Sequence record: LT603033.1
Direction: 5' to 3' (one strand)
DNA: 64,000 bases
Positions 18,853 through 28,241 of this stretch are shown here, piece by piece; position 1 is the stretch's first letter, and each line of letters starts with the position of its first letter. Under the pieces are notes generated by a model. That model searched no databases. It saw only the letters and a program-made list of their open reading frames with translations, and was not told the origin of the DNA. The position numbers were made by a program, and so were the translations under genes.

Positions 18853-19431
18853 ATGAATGTATTAGAATTAAGTACTAAGCTGATTAGTATGCGTAATGAG
18901 TGGTACGATTGGTTTTATAATGGTACTGATATGGATTTTTCAAAATATCCATTTATGGAATCAGGATGTGATGCAAGATACCGCTGGTTGAGCAAAGATT
19001 GTTCTGGTTTACATATTCTAGTTGACGATAGTGGTCAGGGAATTATAAAAGATTTACTTCAAGTTGAACAACTCGTCCATGATAATTGGTGTGATAACGA
19101 TCCATACCTTGGAAATATGATTTATGTAAGTGAAGATGATTGCATATTCGTTATCCAGCGTCATGGTAATTCTATGTTTTATGTAGCAGATAGCAGTACT
19201 CCAGAAGGTGCAGCAGCCGATGGACTTATGCCTAAGATTGATATATTGGAATTTGGATTACCTGAGCACTTCCAGATTAGTACTTTATACGATATTCCAC
19301 CACTTGAGTTCTTTGAAGAATTTAAATTGTACTACAATGATCTTCAAAAATTGAGTACTGATCGACGCATTGAAATAACTGTTAAGTACATGGACGGAAC
19401 GAAATTAACTGATACGGGGATAGAATTTTGA
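18853..19431 (+). CDS. Hypothetical protein, FQ-motif family
   Basis: PEHFQISTLYDIPP. Confidence 0.8.
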   Translation: MNVLELSTKLISMRNEWYDWFYNGTDMDFSKYPFMESGCDARYRWLSKDCSGLHILVDDSGQGIIKDLLQVEQLVHDNWCDNDPYLGNMIYVSEDDCIFVIQRHGNSMFYVADSSTPEGAAADGLMPKIDILEFGLPEHFQISTLYDIPPLEFFEEFKLYYNDLQKLSTDRRIEITVKYMDGTKLTDTGIEF

Positions 19432-20117
19432 TTAAAGATTTAGATAGAATTTTATATGTACTAAGGGGTGTAATTACATTACATCCACAAATCAATCGAA
19501 TTGAAAGTACATTTCAGTTGGAGTCAAGAGAAACTCCATATTCACATATATCAAATGTAGTTGGTTCACTCAGTACTGAAGACTCGTCTTACGATATTTG
19601 TGTATGTGAAGTACAACCAAGTTCGGATCTTGGATTTGCTATTTTTGATAAAGATCAAAATCTCATTAGTATGTTTCAGTGCAATAATCCTTTTTGGAAA
19701 ACATGCCTGTATCCAGAGTGGGCTATGCTTGATCCAACCAAGAGTACCATTAAAGTTTATGACTCTAAAAATGATGAAGTCGTTATTGATTTAGATGAGT
19801 CAATGTCAGAGGAAGAACACTTTCAGCTAATGATGATGCGTGCTATGCCTGAATACAATGCAATGATTAACACTGTGCAATACATTAAGGATACCATGCC
19901 AGCGTTGCGTACACATGAGTTTTGTCATCCGGTATTGTATGAACATCTAGATTTAGACTTCAGTACTATTAAATTTAAAGATAGTGTTAAAAAATATATT
20001 CAAGAGAATGTTAAATTTGATTTTATTAGTACTATGAACAATAATCCAAAAACTAATTTTAGGCATCAGTACAATGAATCTTTGTCCGGTGGACGTGATA
20101 CCAGTTGGTGGAAATAA
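19428..20117 (+). CDS. Hypothetical protein, FQ-motif family
   Basis: EEEHFQLMM. Confidence 0.75.
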   Translation: MIKDLDRILYVLRGVITLHPQINRIESTFQLESRETPYSHISNVVGSLSTEDSSYDICVCEVQPSSDLGFAIFDKDQNLISMFQCNNPFWKTCLYPEWAMLDPTKSTIKVYDSKNDEVVIDLDESMSEEEHFQLMMMRAMPEYNAMINTVQYIKDTMPALRTHEFCHPVLYEHLDLDFSTIKFKDSVKKYIQENVKFDFISTMNNNPKTNFRHQYNESLSGGRDTSWWK

Positions 20118-20118
20118 T

Positions 20119-20382
20119 ATGAATATTAAAGATAGATTACAATTACTGTACACACTTGAACAGGCTGCTTATGATCTTGTTCGAAAAATCTCAGATGAAC
20201 TACCTAAAGGAACTAAAGTTCGTGTACGTGAGATGAATTATTTTTCTGGAGTAATTGAAGAACAAGTACTAACAGTGAATAAAGTAACATACTATGAATC
20301 TGAGTTGTCTATTCAGTGTGAATCTGATGATGGATTAATATCATATTATGGAACTGATGTAGATATAGAGGTAATAAAATGA
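20119..20382 (+). CDS. Small hypothetical
   Basis: ATG at 20119; LPKGTKVRV. Confidence 0.7.
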   Translation: MNIKDRLQLLYTLEQAAYDLVRKISDELPKGTKVRVREMNYFSGVIEEQVLTVNKVTYYESELSIQCESDDGLISYYGTDVDIEVIK

Positions 20383-21521
20383 CCCTTTTGCAAATATATG
20401 AAGATTTAATGCACTTATGTAATACAAACGATGCATTCTTTTATGTGGATCATAAAAGTCCTGCTGGTGGCACGTATCGTGTATTCAGTTATCGTCTAGC
20501 ATCATACACTGATTTCATGCAACCAAATGCGTTGGAAACCCGTGGCTCTATGTGGGAAATTGATGAAGAAGGTGAAATGATACGTTGTGCAGCACGTACA
20601 ATGAAAAAGTTCTTCAATGCTTACGAGAATCCTGCTACAATGTTCCCTGCTAACACCACATGCGATGACATTGCGGTAGTGATGCCTAAGTTGGATGGTT
20701 CGATTATCAGTACTTACCGTGATAATGATGGTGAGATTCGTTGTAAATCACATACTGCATTGTATTCTGACCATGCGATTAACAGTACTCGACTTATTAA
20801 CGAGAACCAGAATTTGTATCAGTACATCGACGAAGCGGAACGTTTAGGTTACACAGTTAATATGGAGTATACAAGCCCAGAGTACCGAATTGTATTACCA
20901 TATCAGGTAGAACAACTGTTTGTACTGAACGTTCGTCATCGTGTGAGTGGTGAGTTGCTATGTGGTAAAGCACTACGTGATAAGTTTCCATGTCTTGCAC
21001 AGTACAGTACTAATATGACTGGAAAAGATATTCATCACACTTTTCCGGTACGAAATACCTTCCGTGAAAGCGTGGAGGAAGTTCATAAAATGCTTGATAT
21101 TGAGGGTTTTGTGTGCATCCTAAATAATGGGACAATGTGTAAAATAAAGACTGACTGGTACAGTTCATTACATCTTACAAAAGATAGTATTATTATTGAT
21201 TCTCATTTATATGAAGCAGTATTAAATGGTTCTAGTGATGATTTAAAACAATTGTTCAGTACTGATGAATATGCTATGCAAAAGATATTAAGAATGGAAC
21301 AATTGGTATTTTCGTGCTATAATGCATTACAAGATGAAGTAGAAAGCTTCGTCAAGGAACACAAGCACTTGGAGCGAAAGGAATTCGCAATGAAGGTTCA
21401 GGAGTGTTTAACTAATGAACTGAATCGTCAGGGCTTGGCCTTTGCAATGTATAACAATAAGAAAGTTGATTACAAAGAGACTCTTATAAAATACATGAAA
21501 ATTGTACTAAAGGATTTTTAG
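20379..21521 (+). CDS. rnlA: RNA ligase 1 (T4 RnlA-like)
   Basis: FSYRLASY, MKKFFN, motif I PKLDGS, EYTSPEYRIV, EGFV, KIKTDWY. Confidence 0.9.
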   Translation: MTLLQIYEDLMHLCNTNDAFFYVDHKSPAGGTYRVFSYRLASYTDFMQPNALETRGSMWEIDEEGEMIRCAARTMKKFFNAYENPATMFPANTTCDDIAVVMPKLDGSIISTYRDNDGEIRCKSHTALYSDHAINSTRLINENQNLYQYIDEAERLGYTVNMEYTSPEYRIVLPYQVEQLFVLNVRHRVSGELLCGKALRDKFPCLAQYSTNMTGKDIHHTFPVRNTFRESVEEVHKMLDIEGFVCILNNGTMCKIKTDWYSSLHLTKDSIIIDSHLYEAVLNGSSDDLKQLFSTDEYAMQKILRMEQLVFSCYNALQDEVESFVKEHKHLERKEFAMKVQECLTNELNRQGLAFAMYNNKKVDYKETLIKYMKIVLKDF

Positions 21522-21551
21522 TACTATCTAGCCTAAGCACAAGGAGAAGTG

Positions 21552-21806
21552 ATGGCTAAACCTAAGTATAAAAATGACGGTTCCCTTTCTCCGACTGAGT
21601 TCAGGAAAATACAAGAAGAAATCGATGAATTACAGCACAAACGCTCAATGAAAGGTGTGAAGATAAGTAAGAAACGAATCGAGAATACCTTCGGATGTAG
21701 TAGTACTGAATACAAGAAGAAAAGGAAACCAAAAGGTGTTAAGCCGAGAATACATGATGTAACTCGCTATACATCGAAACGTGAAAATAAATTTGATCCA
21801 CTATAA
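21552..21806 (+). CDS. Small basic protein
   Basis: AAGGAG RBS; Lys/Arg-rich. Confidence 0.7.
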   Translation: MAKPKYKNDGSLSPTEFRKIQEEIDELQHKRSMKGVKISKKRIENTFGCSSTEYKKKRKPKGVKPRIHDVTRYTSKRENKFDPL

Positions 21807-21815
21807 GGAGTTCAT

Positions 21816-22046
21816 ATGAAAGTTGAAGTTCAGCATAGTATTGTTCAGGATATGTCAGTAGTTAAATTTCTTTCTCTGAAAGATTACTTCAGATGTATCA
21901 AGTTCCTAGAAGAATCTCAATTACAGTGGACCCCATTAAAGTACAGTTCATCCAATGATACAGCTAGTATTCGTTGTGATGAATCTGTACTTGTGAAAAT
22001 CTCCAAACGATTTGGAGTAGGAAAAGTTAATGAGCACAGTAAGTGA
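21816..22046 (+). CDS. Small hypothetical
   Basis: TAAGGAG RBS. Confidence 0.75.
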   Translation: MKVEVQHSIVQDMSVVKFLSLKDYFRCIKFLEESQLQWTPLKYSSSNDTASIRCDESVLVKISKRFGVGKVNEHSK

Positions 22047-22284
22047 CCTAAAATACTACAACAAAACTGCGGATACGTTTATTACTCATTTATATGAAGA
22101 ATTTAGTCGTATCCGTAAGGAATATACAGGTAAATGTATTTTATATAGTTCTTATCATAGTGGTGGAATTGAAAGTGCTTACATTACTAAAGTGAAGTTT
22201 TCTGATGACTATCAATTACTCTTTGAATTAGATGATTGTTTCGTTATTGAAGCTTGTTTGATAGTGGATGTTCTAGATAATTGA
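22030..22284 (+). CDS. Small hypothetical (YxG-xxV family)
   Basis: EYTGKCIL. Confidence 0.7.
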   Translation: MSTVSDLKYYNKTADTFITHLYEEFSRIRKEYTGKCILYSSYHSGGIESAYITKVKFSDDYQLLFELDDCFVIEACLIVDVLDN

Positions 22285-22290
22285 GGACAT

Positions 22291-22605
22291 ATGAATAAAG
22301 AACTTGCATTTGAGAGGATCGAAAAGTTAAAGTACATTGAAAAGGAACTAATAGAATCTGTCGAATCAATGGTCGAAGATTACGTTTTCGATTTTAAGAA
22401 AACATTGATTGGATGTAAAGTTAAATGCTGGGATCATACAATCAGAGAATGGTTCAGTACTATAATTCTTGATGTTAAAGTATCGCGTACTGCTATTGGT
22501 AATTTAGTAAATGGTGAATGCTTTGTATACACTGAATACAATAACGGAACAAGAAACCTTTCAAGAGGATGGCACAAACTCGAAGATGTAGAATTCATTG
22601 AGTAA
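22291..22605 (+). CDS. Small hypothetical (YxG-xxV family)
   Basis: GAGGA RBS; LIGCKVKC. Confidence 0.75.
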   Translation: MNKELAFERIEKLKYIEKELIESVESMVEDYVFDFKKTLIGCKVKCWDHTIREWFSTIILDVKVSRTAIGNLVNGECFVYTEYNNGTRNLSRGWHKLEDVEFIE

Positions 22606-22617
22606 CAAGGAGTAATA

Positions 22618-23550
22618 ATGCCAACTATTACACTAACAGTTGGGTTGCCTGGTTGTGGTAAAACCACATGGGCAGTTCAAGAAATTAAAAATGCCAAATC
22701 AAAGACTATCAACATCAACCGTGATGATATTCGTGAATCTATGGCTGGGTCACATGATGCTTACAAATTCAACGATGCTAATGAGCAGTACGTAACTAAA
22801 ATGCAGTTCAGTGCAGCAAATTCAGCAGCAGAGAATGGTTGGAACATCATTGTGTCCGATACGAACCTTAAACAACATTTCCGTGATGAATGGAAACGTT
22901 GGGCTAAAGATAATGAATACGACTACAAAGAAAAGAACTTCTACGAAGATTTCGTACCTAATGAAGATCGTGGTGCAGATGTTCATGTTTTCTTTAAGAT
23001 TAAAGAGTTCGTAAAACTTTGTAAGAAACGTAACCTCATGCGTGAGCGTTCAGTACAAGATAATATCATTGACACTATGGCAGATACGTACTATTATAGT
23101 AAGGCCATGCACGTTGGTTACTATGGTAATTCACGAGAAGCTGCTGTTATCGTTGATATTGACGGTACTCTTGCTCATAAATGGGGTCGTAATCCTTACG
23201 ATGAAAGTACTGTTCTTCAGGATACACCAGATGAAGAAGTTATTTTGTCTATTATCGCTGAAGCAGTTTTTCATAAACGCAAGATTATCGTCATGAGTGG
23301 GCGTACTGAAGGGTGTCGTGCTGATACCGAACAGTGGCTTAAGAATTGGGGTATTCCTTACGATGCATTGTTTATGCGAGACATAGATGATAAACGCCCC
23401 GATGATGTTGTAAAATTCGACCTGTACATGAAAAATGTGGTTGATCATTACGATGTTAAAAAGGTTTATGATGACCGCGATCAAGTTGTATTCATGTGGC
23501 GTAAGCTACTTGGCTTGAAAGTAATGCAAGTTGCAGAAGGAAATTTCTAA
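22618..23550 (+). CDS. pseT: Polynucleotide 5-kinase/3-phosphatase (T4 PseT-like)
   Basis: GLPGCGKTT P-loop, NRDDIR, VSDTNL; HAD DIDGT, SGR, DDR. Confidence 0.93.
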   Translation: MPTITLTVGLPGCGKTTWAVQEIKNAKSKTININRDDIRESMAGSHDAYKFNDANEQYVTKMQFSAANSAAENGWNIIVSDTNLKQHFRDEWKRWAKDNEYDYKEKNFYEDFVPNEDRGADVHVFFKIKEFVKLCKKRNLMRERSVQDNIIDTMADTYYYSKAMHVGYYGNSREAAVIVDIDGTLAHKWGRNPYDESTVLQDTPDEEVILSIIAEAVFHKRKIIVMSGRTEGCRADTEQWLKNWGIPYDALFMRDIDDKRPDDVVKFDLYMKNVVDHYDVKKVYDDRDQVVFMWRKLLGLKVMQVAEGNF

Positions 23551-23553
23551 TAC

Positions 23554-23582
23554 AAAAGGGATCATATGTTGGTCCCTTTTTC
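23554..23582 (+). terminator. Intrinsic terminator
   Basis: AAAAGGGATCA-tatgt-TGGTCCCTTTT. Confidence 0.85.
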
Positions 23583-23599
23583 TTTTAAGGTATATTATA

Positions 23600-23776
23600 A
23601 TGAATGTAAAAACACAGATGTTGTTACAAAAAGAATACTTAGAAAATATAGAAATGTTCTATAGATTGTCTTTATACGAAAATAAAGATAAAAAATATAA
23701 CTTTTCTAAACAACTAAACACAAGTACTAATGATTATCTATTTTCATCAATGTTTTATGTGAGAGGTTTATTATAA
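23600..23776 (+). CDS. Small hypothetical
   Basis: TAAGG RBS. Confidence 0.55.
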   Translation: MNVKTQMLLQKEYLENIEMFYRLSLYENKDKKYNFSKQLNTSTNDYLFSSMFYVRGLL

Positions 23777-24036
23777 TGGATAAATTTCACACAGATATAA
23801 CACAGATAGGTAATCTTATCAATAGTCTAATTACTGATTTAGAAGAAAAGTATTTAGGTCGAAATGTATACGTAGAAATGTATGAAACATATGGTGTTAT
23901 TGATATGATTTATTACAGTGCATTGAAGTGTGAAATACGTTTAACAGTATGTTTGTTTGAAAAAAATACATTCAACAGAAGTACTGCAATTCGCCAAGTT
24001 GGAGTTGATGATATAGAATTATACGAGGAACAATGA
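23776..24036 (+). CDS. Small hypothetical (YxG-xxV family)
   Basis: KYLGRNVYV. Confidence 0.7.
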   Translation: MDKFHTDITQIGNLINSLITDLEEKYLGRNVYVEMYETYGVIDMIYYSALKCEIRLTVCLFEKNTFNRSTAIRQVGVDDIELYEEQ

Positions 24037-24287
24037 TGTTTGAGCAAGACTTAGAGATATTCAAAAGTCATATTGATTACTTGACTATATTAGAAAATGA
24101 TTTAACTACAAAGTACAAAGGTATTCGTGTTCTGTGCTGGTATGATGATTGGGATTATAAACGTGAACTCACTATTGATCGAATTTATTTCAGTGACGGT
24201 GTACTAAATGTACATGGTGTAAATGATTTTGGTCATTCATATACATATTCTAATAATGCTAAATTTAAAAGGATCTACAATGAATGA
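24033..24287 (+). CDS. Small hypothetical (YxG-xxV family)
   Basis: KYKGIRVLC. Confidence 0.7.
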   Translation: MMFEQDLEIFKSHIDYLTILENDLTTKYKGIRVLCWYDDWDYKRELTIDRIYFSDGVLNVHGVNDFGHSYTYSNNAKFKRIYNE

Positions 24288-24582
24288 ATATTATCATAAT
24301 TTATTCGATTACATAAAACTAATAGATGATCTTTCTTTCGAATTTCTTAGTACTGAAAAAGTTCTTGAACCTCTCTATTATGATTGTATTAGTTCACTAT
24401 GTTTAGATGAAAAAGAGATATTAGCAAACAACTTACCATCCACGGTCTGTACAATCAATGGTTCCAAGGCATTAGTGTGCGAGGTTAATTTTCATAAATC
24501 ACTTAATACAATTGTTTACAAGTTCGATAACACTTGGGTAAATCATGTAACCAGTAATATTAAATCTGTGAGATTTTTATGA
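24280..24582 (+). CDS. Small hypothetical
   Basis: AAGGA RBS. Confidence 0.65.
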   Translation: MNEYYHNLFDYIKLIDDLSFEFLSTEKVLEPLYYDCISSLCLDEKEILANNLPSTVCTINGSKALVCEVNFHKSLNTIVYKFDNTWVNHVTSNIKSVRFL

Positions 24583-24875
24583 ATATAAAAAAATTATTTG
24601 AACAAGTAAATTTATTGTACTGGTGTTCAGACGGTTCAGATAAGGAATATAGTGAAGTTTATTTAGAACTGTTTAGAACTGAAATTCATCAAATTCGAAG
24701 ATACCTAATTGATAACAAAACTAAAGTACAAGTAAGATACCATAACGGTACTTTAAAGAATGGTGTAATTATTGGATTGATAGTTACACGAATGTCTAAT
24801 AATATTAAAGTTGCAGTTAGATTAATGACTGATGATGGTGTCTACACAATAGAAGCTAGTGAGATTATATATTAA
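24579..24875 (+). CDS. Small hypothetical
   Basis: ATGA-coupled. Confidence 0.7.
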   Translation: MNIKKLFEQVNLLYWCSDGSDKEYSEVYLELFRTEIHQIRRYLIDNKTKVQVRYHNGTLKNGVIIGLIVTRMSNNIKVAVRLMTDDGVYTIEASEIIY

Positions 24876-25181
24876 ATGGATATACAAACATTCAATAAAC
24901 TTAAGTACTATGATGATGGTTTTGCATTAATAATTAACGAACTTGATGGAATACCATACGAATATCATAATCAAGTAATGAAGATAATAAAATGTATATG
25001 TGAAGAATTAAAAAGTATATTTAAAAATGAATATGTTTATGATTTAGGTAATAATAGCAAAAAACTATACATAAAGAAATTCTGGGGAACGCATTGCGGT
25101 TTGATGGTCGATTTAGGTTTAAGTTTAGACGATAATTCTGAATCATGTTCATTATATATAGATGAAATGCGAATATCATGA
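24876..25181 (+). CDS. Small hypothetical
   Basis: Abuts upstream stop. Confidence 0.65.
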   Translation: MDIQTFNKLKYYDDGFALIINELDGIPYEYHNQVMKIIKCICEELKSIFKNEYVYDLGNNSKKLYIKKFWGTHCGLMVDLGLSLDDNSESCSLYIDEMRIS

Positions 25182-25238
25182 GACGTATCAGAATTCGGTG
25201 ATATAATTTGATTACATCACCAATAGGGAGAAGTTGAA

Positions 25239-25565
25239 GTGAATGGTTCGTTTTTAACAATATTAGAAAAGACAACCGAGATGCTTTCTAGCTCGTTAAT
25301 GCAGATTTTCAGTACTAATAATTTATACAATACCCAGGTGTTAGATTCAATTAATAATAACTATGTGGTAAGTATATCTGATGAAATATGTCCATTTAAC
25401 GCGTATTCAATTTATAGTGTAGAAGAGTTTCATATATCCGAGATTCGATGTGGTTTTGGTGCTTGGTTAGTTCTAAATGAACGTTCAGGGTTGTCTTTAT
25501 ACATCGAAGAAGTTAGTAAATTTATATACAAAGGAGTAGAATATGTTAACCCCAATTATTCTTAG
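25239..25565 (+). CDS. Hypothetical protein; start uncertain
   Basis: GTG start after GGGAG. Confidence 0.55.
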   Translation: MNGSFLTILEKTTEMLSSSLMQIFSTNNLYNTQVLDSINNNYVVSISDEICPFNAYSIYSVEEFHISEIRCGFGAWLVLNERSGLSLYIEEVSKFIYKGVEYVNPNYS

Positions 25566-26184
25566 CAGTGCATATGTAATCGGTATTATTATTTCTGGTA
25601 TGCTTGCATATAACTATAACCGAAGTGTTCTAGGTTATGTAGTACTTGGTACAGTACTAAGTCCAGTGATTGCCATTGGTCTTCTTGTTATGCTAGGTGA
25701 GAAAAATACAAGCTTCTTTATTACTAAAGAACTTGATAAAATCACTCCAGCACCAGAAACAGTTATTCCAGAAGTTAAAGAAGAAGTTAAAGAAGAAGTT
25801 AAAGAAGTTGAAGTTCAAATGCAAGTTAAAGTGTATAATACACTTGAAGAAACTGATCCTAAAGTTGTAGTGAATGTAGTTCCAGTAGTTGAAGATGTGA
25901 AACCAAAAGCTCCTAAAGTACAGAAAAATACTAAAACTGCAAAGAAAGCTCGTTACACTAAAGGTAAGAACAAAGGTAAATCTAAGGATGAACCAAAACT
26001 AGATGTTCATGACCATACTGCACAAATTGCAACGGCAGCGACCGCAGCAGCAATCGTAACATCACCAATCTACAACAATGATGATTACAGTGATTATAGC
26101 CGTCACAGCAGTTCTTCCTCTGATTCTTGTTCCTATGATAGCTCTAGTTCTGATTCAAGTTCATCGTCTGGAAGTTGTGATTAA
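25543..26184 (+). CDS. Membrane-anchored protein with E/K/V-rich linker and Ser/Asp-rich tail
   Basis: AAGGAG RBS; two hydrophobic N-terminal segments; ends SSSSSDSCSYDSSSSDSSSSSGSCD. Confidence 0.8.
   Translation: MLTPIILSSAYVIGIIISGMLAYNYNRSVLGYVVLGTVLSPVIAIGLLVMLGEKNTSFFITKELDKITPAPETVIPEVKEEVKEEVKEVEVQMQVKVYNTLEETDPKVVVNVVPVVEDVKPKAPKVQKNTKTAKKARYTKGKNKGKSKDEPKLDVHDHTAQIATAATAAAIVTSPIYNNDDYSDYSRHSSSSSDSCSYDSSSSDSSSSSGSCD
25771..25806 (+). repeat. Tandem repeat (GAAGTTAAAGAA)x3, in frame EVKE
   Basis: Direct reading. Confidence 0.9.
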
Positions 26185-26513
26185 TGTCAATGAAACCACT
26201 AATTCAACATAATATTTTTTATAGGTCATTATTCAAAATTCAAGATGATTTTTATCAGACGTTGAGTAATGATCTTATAGGTAAAACTGTACGATATTCG
26301 GAACAATACATCAAACGTATGACAAGTGAGTATATTGACCCTGAATACGAATACGACATTGAACACATTAATCCCAATACTAGAATGAAAATCATTGAGA
26401 TATTTAAGAATGGGAGAACTATAGGTGCTGAAATTGAGTACTTGAATTGTGATTGTTACATAGATACCGAGTTGAGTTTGGATTATCTTGTTTTAGTGGA
26501 TGATGAGGAATAA
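26184..26513 (+). CDS. Small hypothetical (TYK/YxG family-like)
   Basis: IFYRSL; DLIGKTVRY. Confidence 0.7.
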   Translation: MSMKPLIQHNIFYRSLFKIQDDFYQTLSNDLIGKTVRYSEQYIKRMTSEYIDPEYEYDIEHINPNTRMKIIEIFKNGRTIGAEIEYLNCDCYIDTELSLDYLVLVDDEE

Positions 26514-26515
26514 TT

Positions 26516-26731
26516 ATGATAACATTTTTTGCAATATATGGATTTGTAGCATTTGTTACATTTATAACCAACTTTCTAGTACTCAATTGGGGTTGTTTTA
26601 AAGATGAAATCATGATTATCATGAATCTCCAAACAGCAGCACTGATGGCTATTATTTGGCCTGTAACATTAGTATATATTTTTATTTCACTTACCCAAGA
26701 TATTATTAACAAATATAAGAGAAAGAAATAA
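26516..26731 (+). CDS. Small membrane protein
   Basis: GAGGA RBS; two hydrophobic segments, basic tail. Confidence 0.75.
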   Translation: MITFFAIYGFVAFVTFITNFLVLNWGCFKDEIMIIMNLQTAALMAIIWPVTLVYIFISLTQDIINKYKRKK

Positions 26732-26982
26732 TGTTCAACACTGACTTATCACATCTGCGATATCTTATGTCTTTGGCTGATGATTTTATAAATGATCTGA
26801 AGCCAAAATATATTGGTCAAGAAGTACGATTAATAAACTCCAGAGGGTATGGAAAGTATATTATTACTGATATGTATATTAGTGGTGGTGAATGGCGTTT
26901 TAAAATTAATACTTATCTTAAAGATGGTTCTTTTGCTGGAACACAAGTTACTAAACACACTAATATTATATGGTTGGAGTAA
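26731..26982 (+). CDS. Small hypothetical (YxG-xxV family)
   Basis: KYIGQEVRL. Confidence 0.7.
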   Translation: MFNTDLSHLRYLMSLADDFINDLKPKYIGQEVRLINSRGYGKYIITDMYISGGEWRFKINTYLKDGSFAGTQVTKHTNIIWLE

Positions 26983-26984
26983 TA

Positions 26985-27728
26985 ATGAAACACTTCTTAG
27001 AAGTAACCGTACCTGATGATAAAGATTTATACATTGTAGGTGATTTGCATGGTAATGGTAAACTATGGGATGCTACAGTGAAAGAATTTGGTATTACACA
27101 CAATGATTATGTTTTCAGTGTAGGTGATATTATCGACCGTGGAGAACAAAATTCAAAGCTCCTTTTTGAATTTTTGTTCGGAGAAAATCGTTACATGATT
27201 GCGGGTAATCATGAGATGATGTGCGTTGATTCGGAAACACTTCGAGATTGGTATCATTGTTGGATAAGTAATGGTGGTGATAAATTCCTTGATGAAGTTG
27301 GAGGAACAGGCATTCAATTCTTTCGTCAGTACTTAAAGGATCTCCCTATGATTATCCAAATCAATCACCGAGGATTGAAGATTGGGTTAGTTCATGCTGG
27401 AGTTCCGTTGGAATATACAACATGGGAACGATTTGTTAATGGGACAAAATCACTTAGTGCTGATATAATTGATAAGTGCTTGTGGGATAGAAAAACATTC
27501 GATTATTGTAGAACTAATAATACATATTATGCACCTAAGTTAGATGGAGTGCATTGTGTCTTTAGTGGACATACAGCAGTTACAGATCCACTAATTTACG
27601 GTAATCGCATTTGGATTGATAGTCAGTTCTTGACGGGTGACTTAACTCTCGCTACTCCACAAAGTGGTGGAATGAGATACTTACGTAAAGAAAAAGATGA
27701 GTACTCATTCAATCGTTTCAAAAGGTAA
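26985..27728 (+). CDS. Ser/Thr protein phosphatase (PPP family, lambda NinI/PphA-like)
   Basis: GDLHG, GDIIDRG, GNHE, LVHAG, GHT. Confidence 0.9.
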   Translation: MKHFLEVTVPDDKDLYIVGDLHGNGKLWDATVKEFGITHNDYVFSVGDIIDRGEQNSKLLFEFLFGENRYMIAGNHEMMCVDSETLRDWYHCWISNGGDKFLDEVGGTGIQFFRQYLKDLPMIIQINHRGLKIGLVHAGVPLEYTTWERFVNGTKSLSADIIDKCLWDRKTFDYCRTNNTYYAPKLDGVHCVFSGHTAVTDPLIYGNRIWIDSQFLTGDLTLATPQSGGMRYLRKEKDEYSFNRFKR

Positions 27729-27733
27729 TAATT

Positions 27734-28003
27734 ATGCATGATGTAGTTAAAAAATATTTGAATGATAGATATATTATGAAAAAATCTATTAATTCTATCC
27801 TAAAAGACCATGCTAATCAAATACGTGAGATTCTATCAAATAAACTTATTGGTTGTTCAGTTGAGTTCAACTACAAAAAGAATGTCGTGAAGATTGGAGT
27901 TATTAAACGTGTAGTTGCTGTTTATGACCAAAATGTATATGTTGAAATTGAATATGATGGTAAATTATCACAATTAAGTACTGAAGATTTAACATTTTTA
28001 TAA
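27734..28003 (+). CDS. Small hypothetical (YxG-xxV family)
   Basis: KLIGCSVEF. Confidence 0.7.
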   Translation: MHDVVKKYLNDRYIMKKSINSILKDHANQIREILSNKLIGCSVEFNYKKNVVKIGVIKRVVAVYDQNVYVEIEYDGKLSQLSTEDLTFL

Positions 28004-28013
28004 GGAAATAGAA

Positions 28014-28241
28014 ATGAAAGTAATTCAAGTTATGGTAGAAAAATACCAAACTGAAGATGGTCGTATTTTTGATTCAGCTAAACAAGCTGAACACCATGAA
28101 CGTATTATTTCGGGTGCACGTAAAGTATGTTCTACATGTAATGGAACACAACAAGTACCGTCAGAAGATTACCGCAGCTTTTATGCTTGTCCACACTGTG
28201 ATGGGAAAGGCTACGTAGAAAAACAAGAGGTATGGAAATGA
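28014..28241 (+). CDS. Small protein with DnaJ-type Cys zinc finger
   Basis: CSTCNGT ... CPHCDGKG. Confidence 0.7.
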   Translation: MKVIQVMVEKYQTEDGRIFDSAKQAEHHERIISGARKVCSTCNGTQQVPSEDYRSFYACPHCDGKGYVEKQEVWK

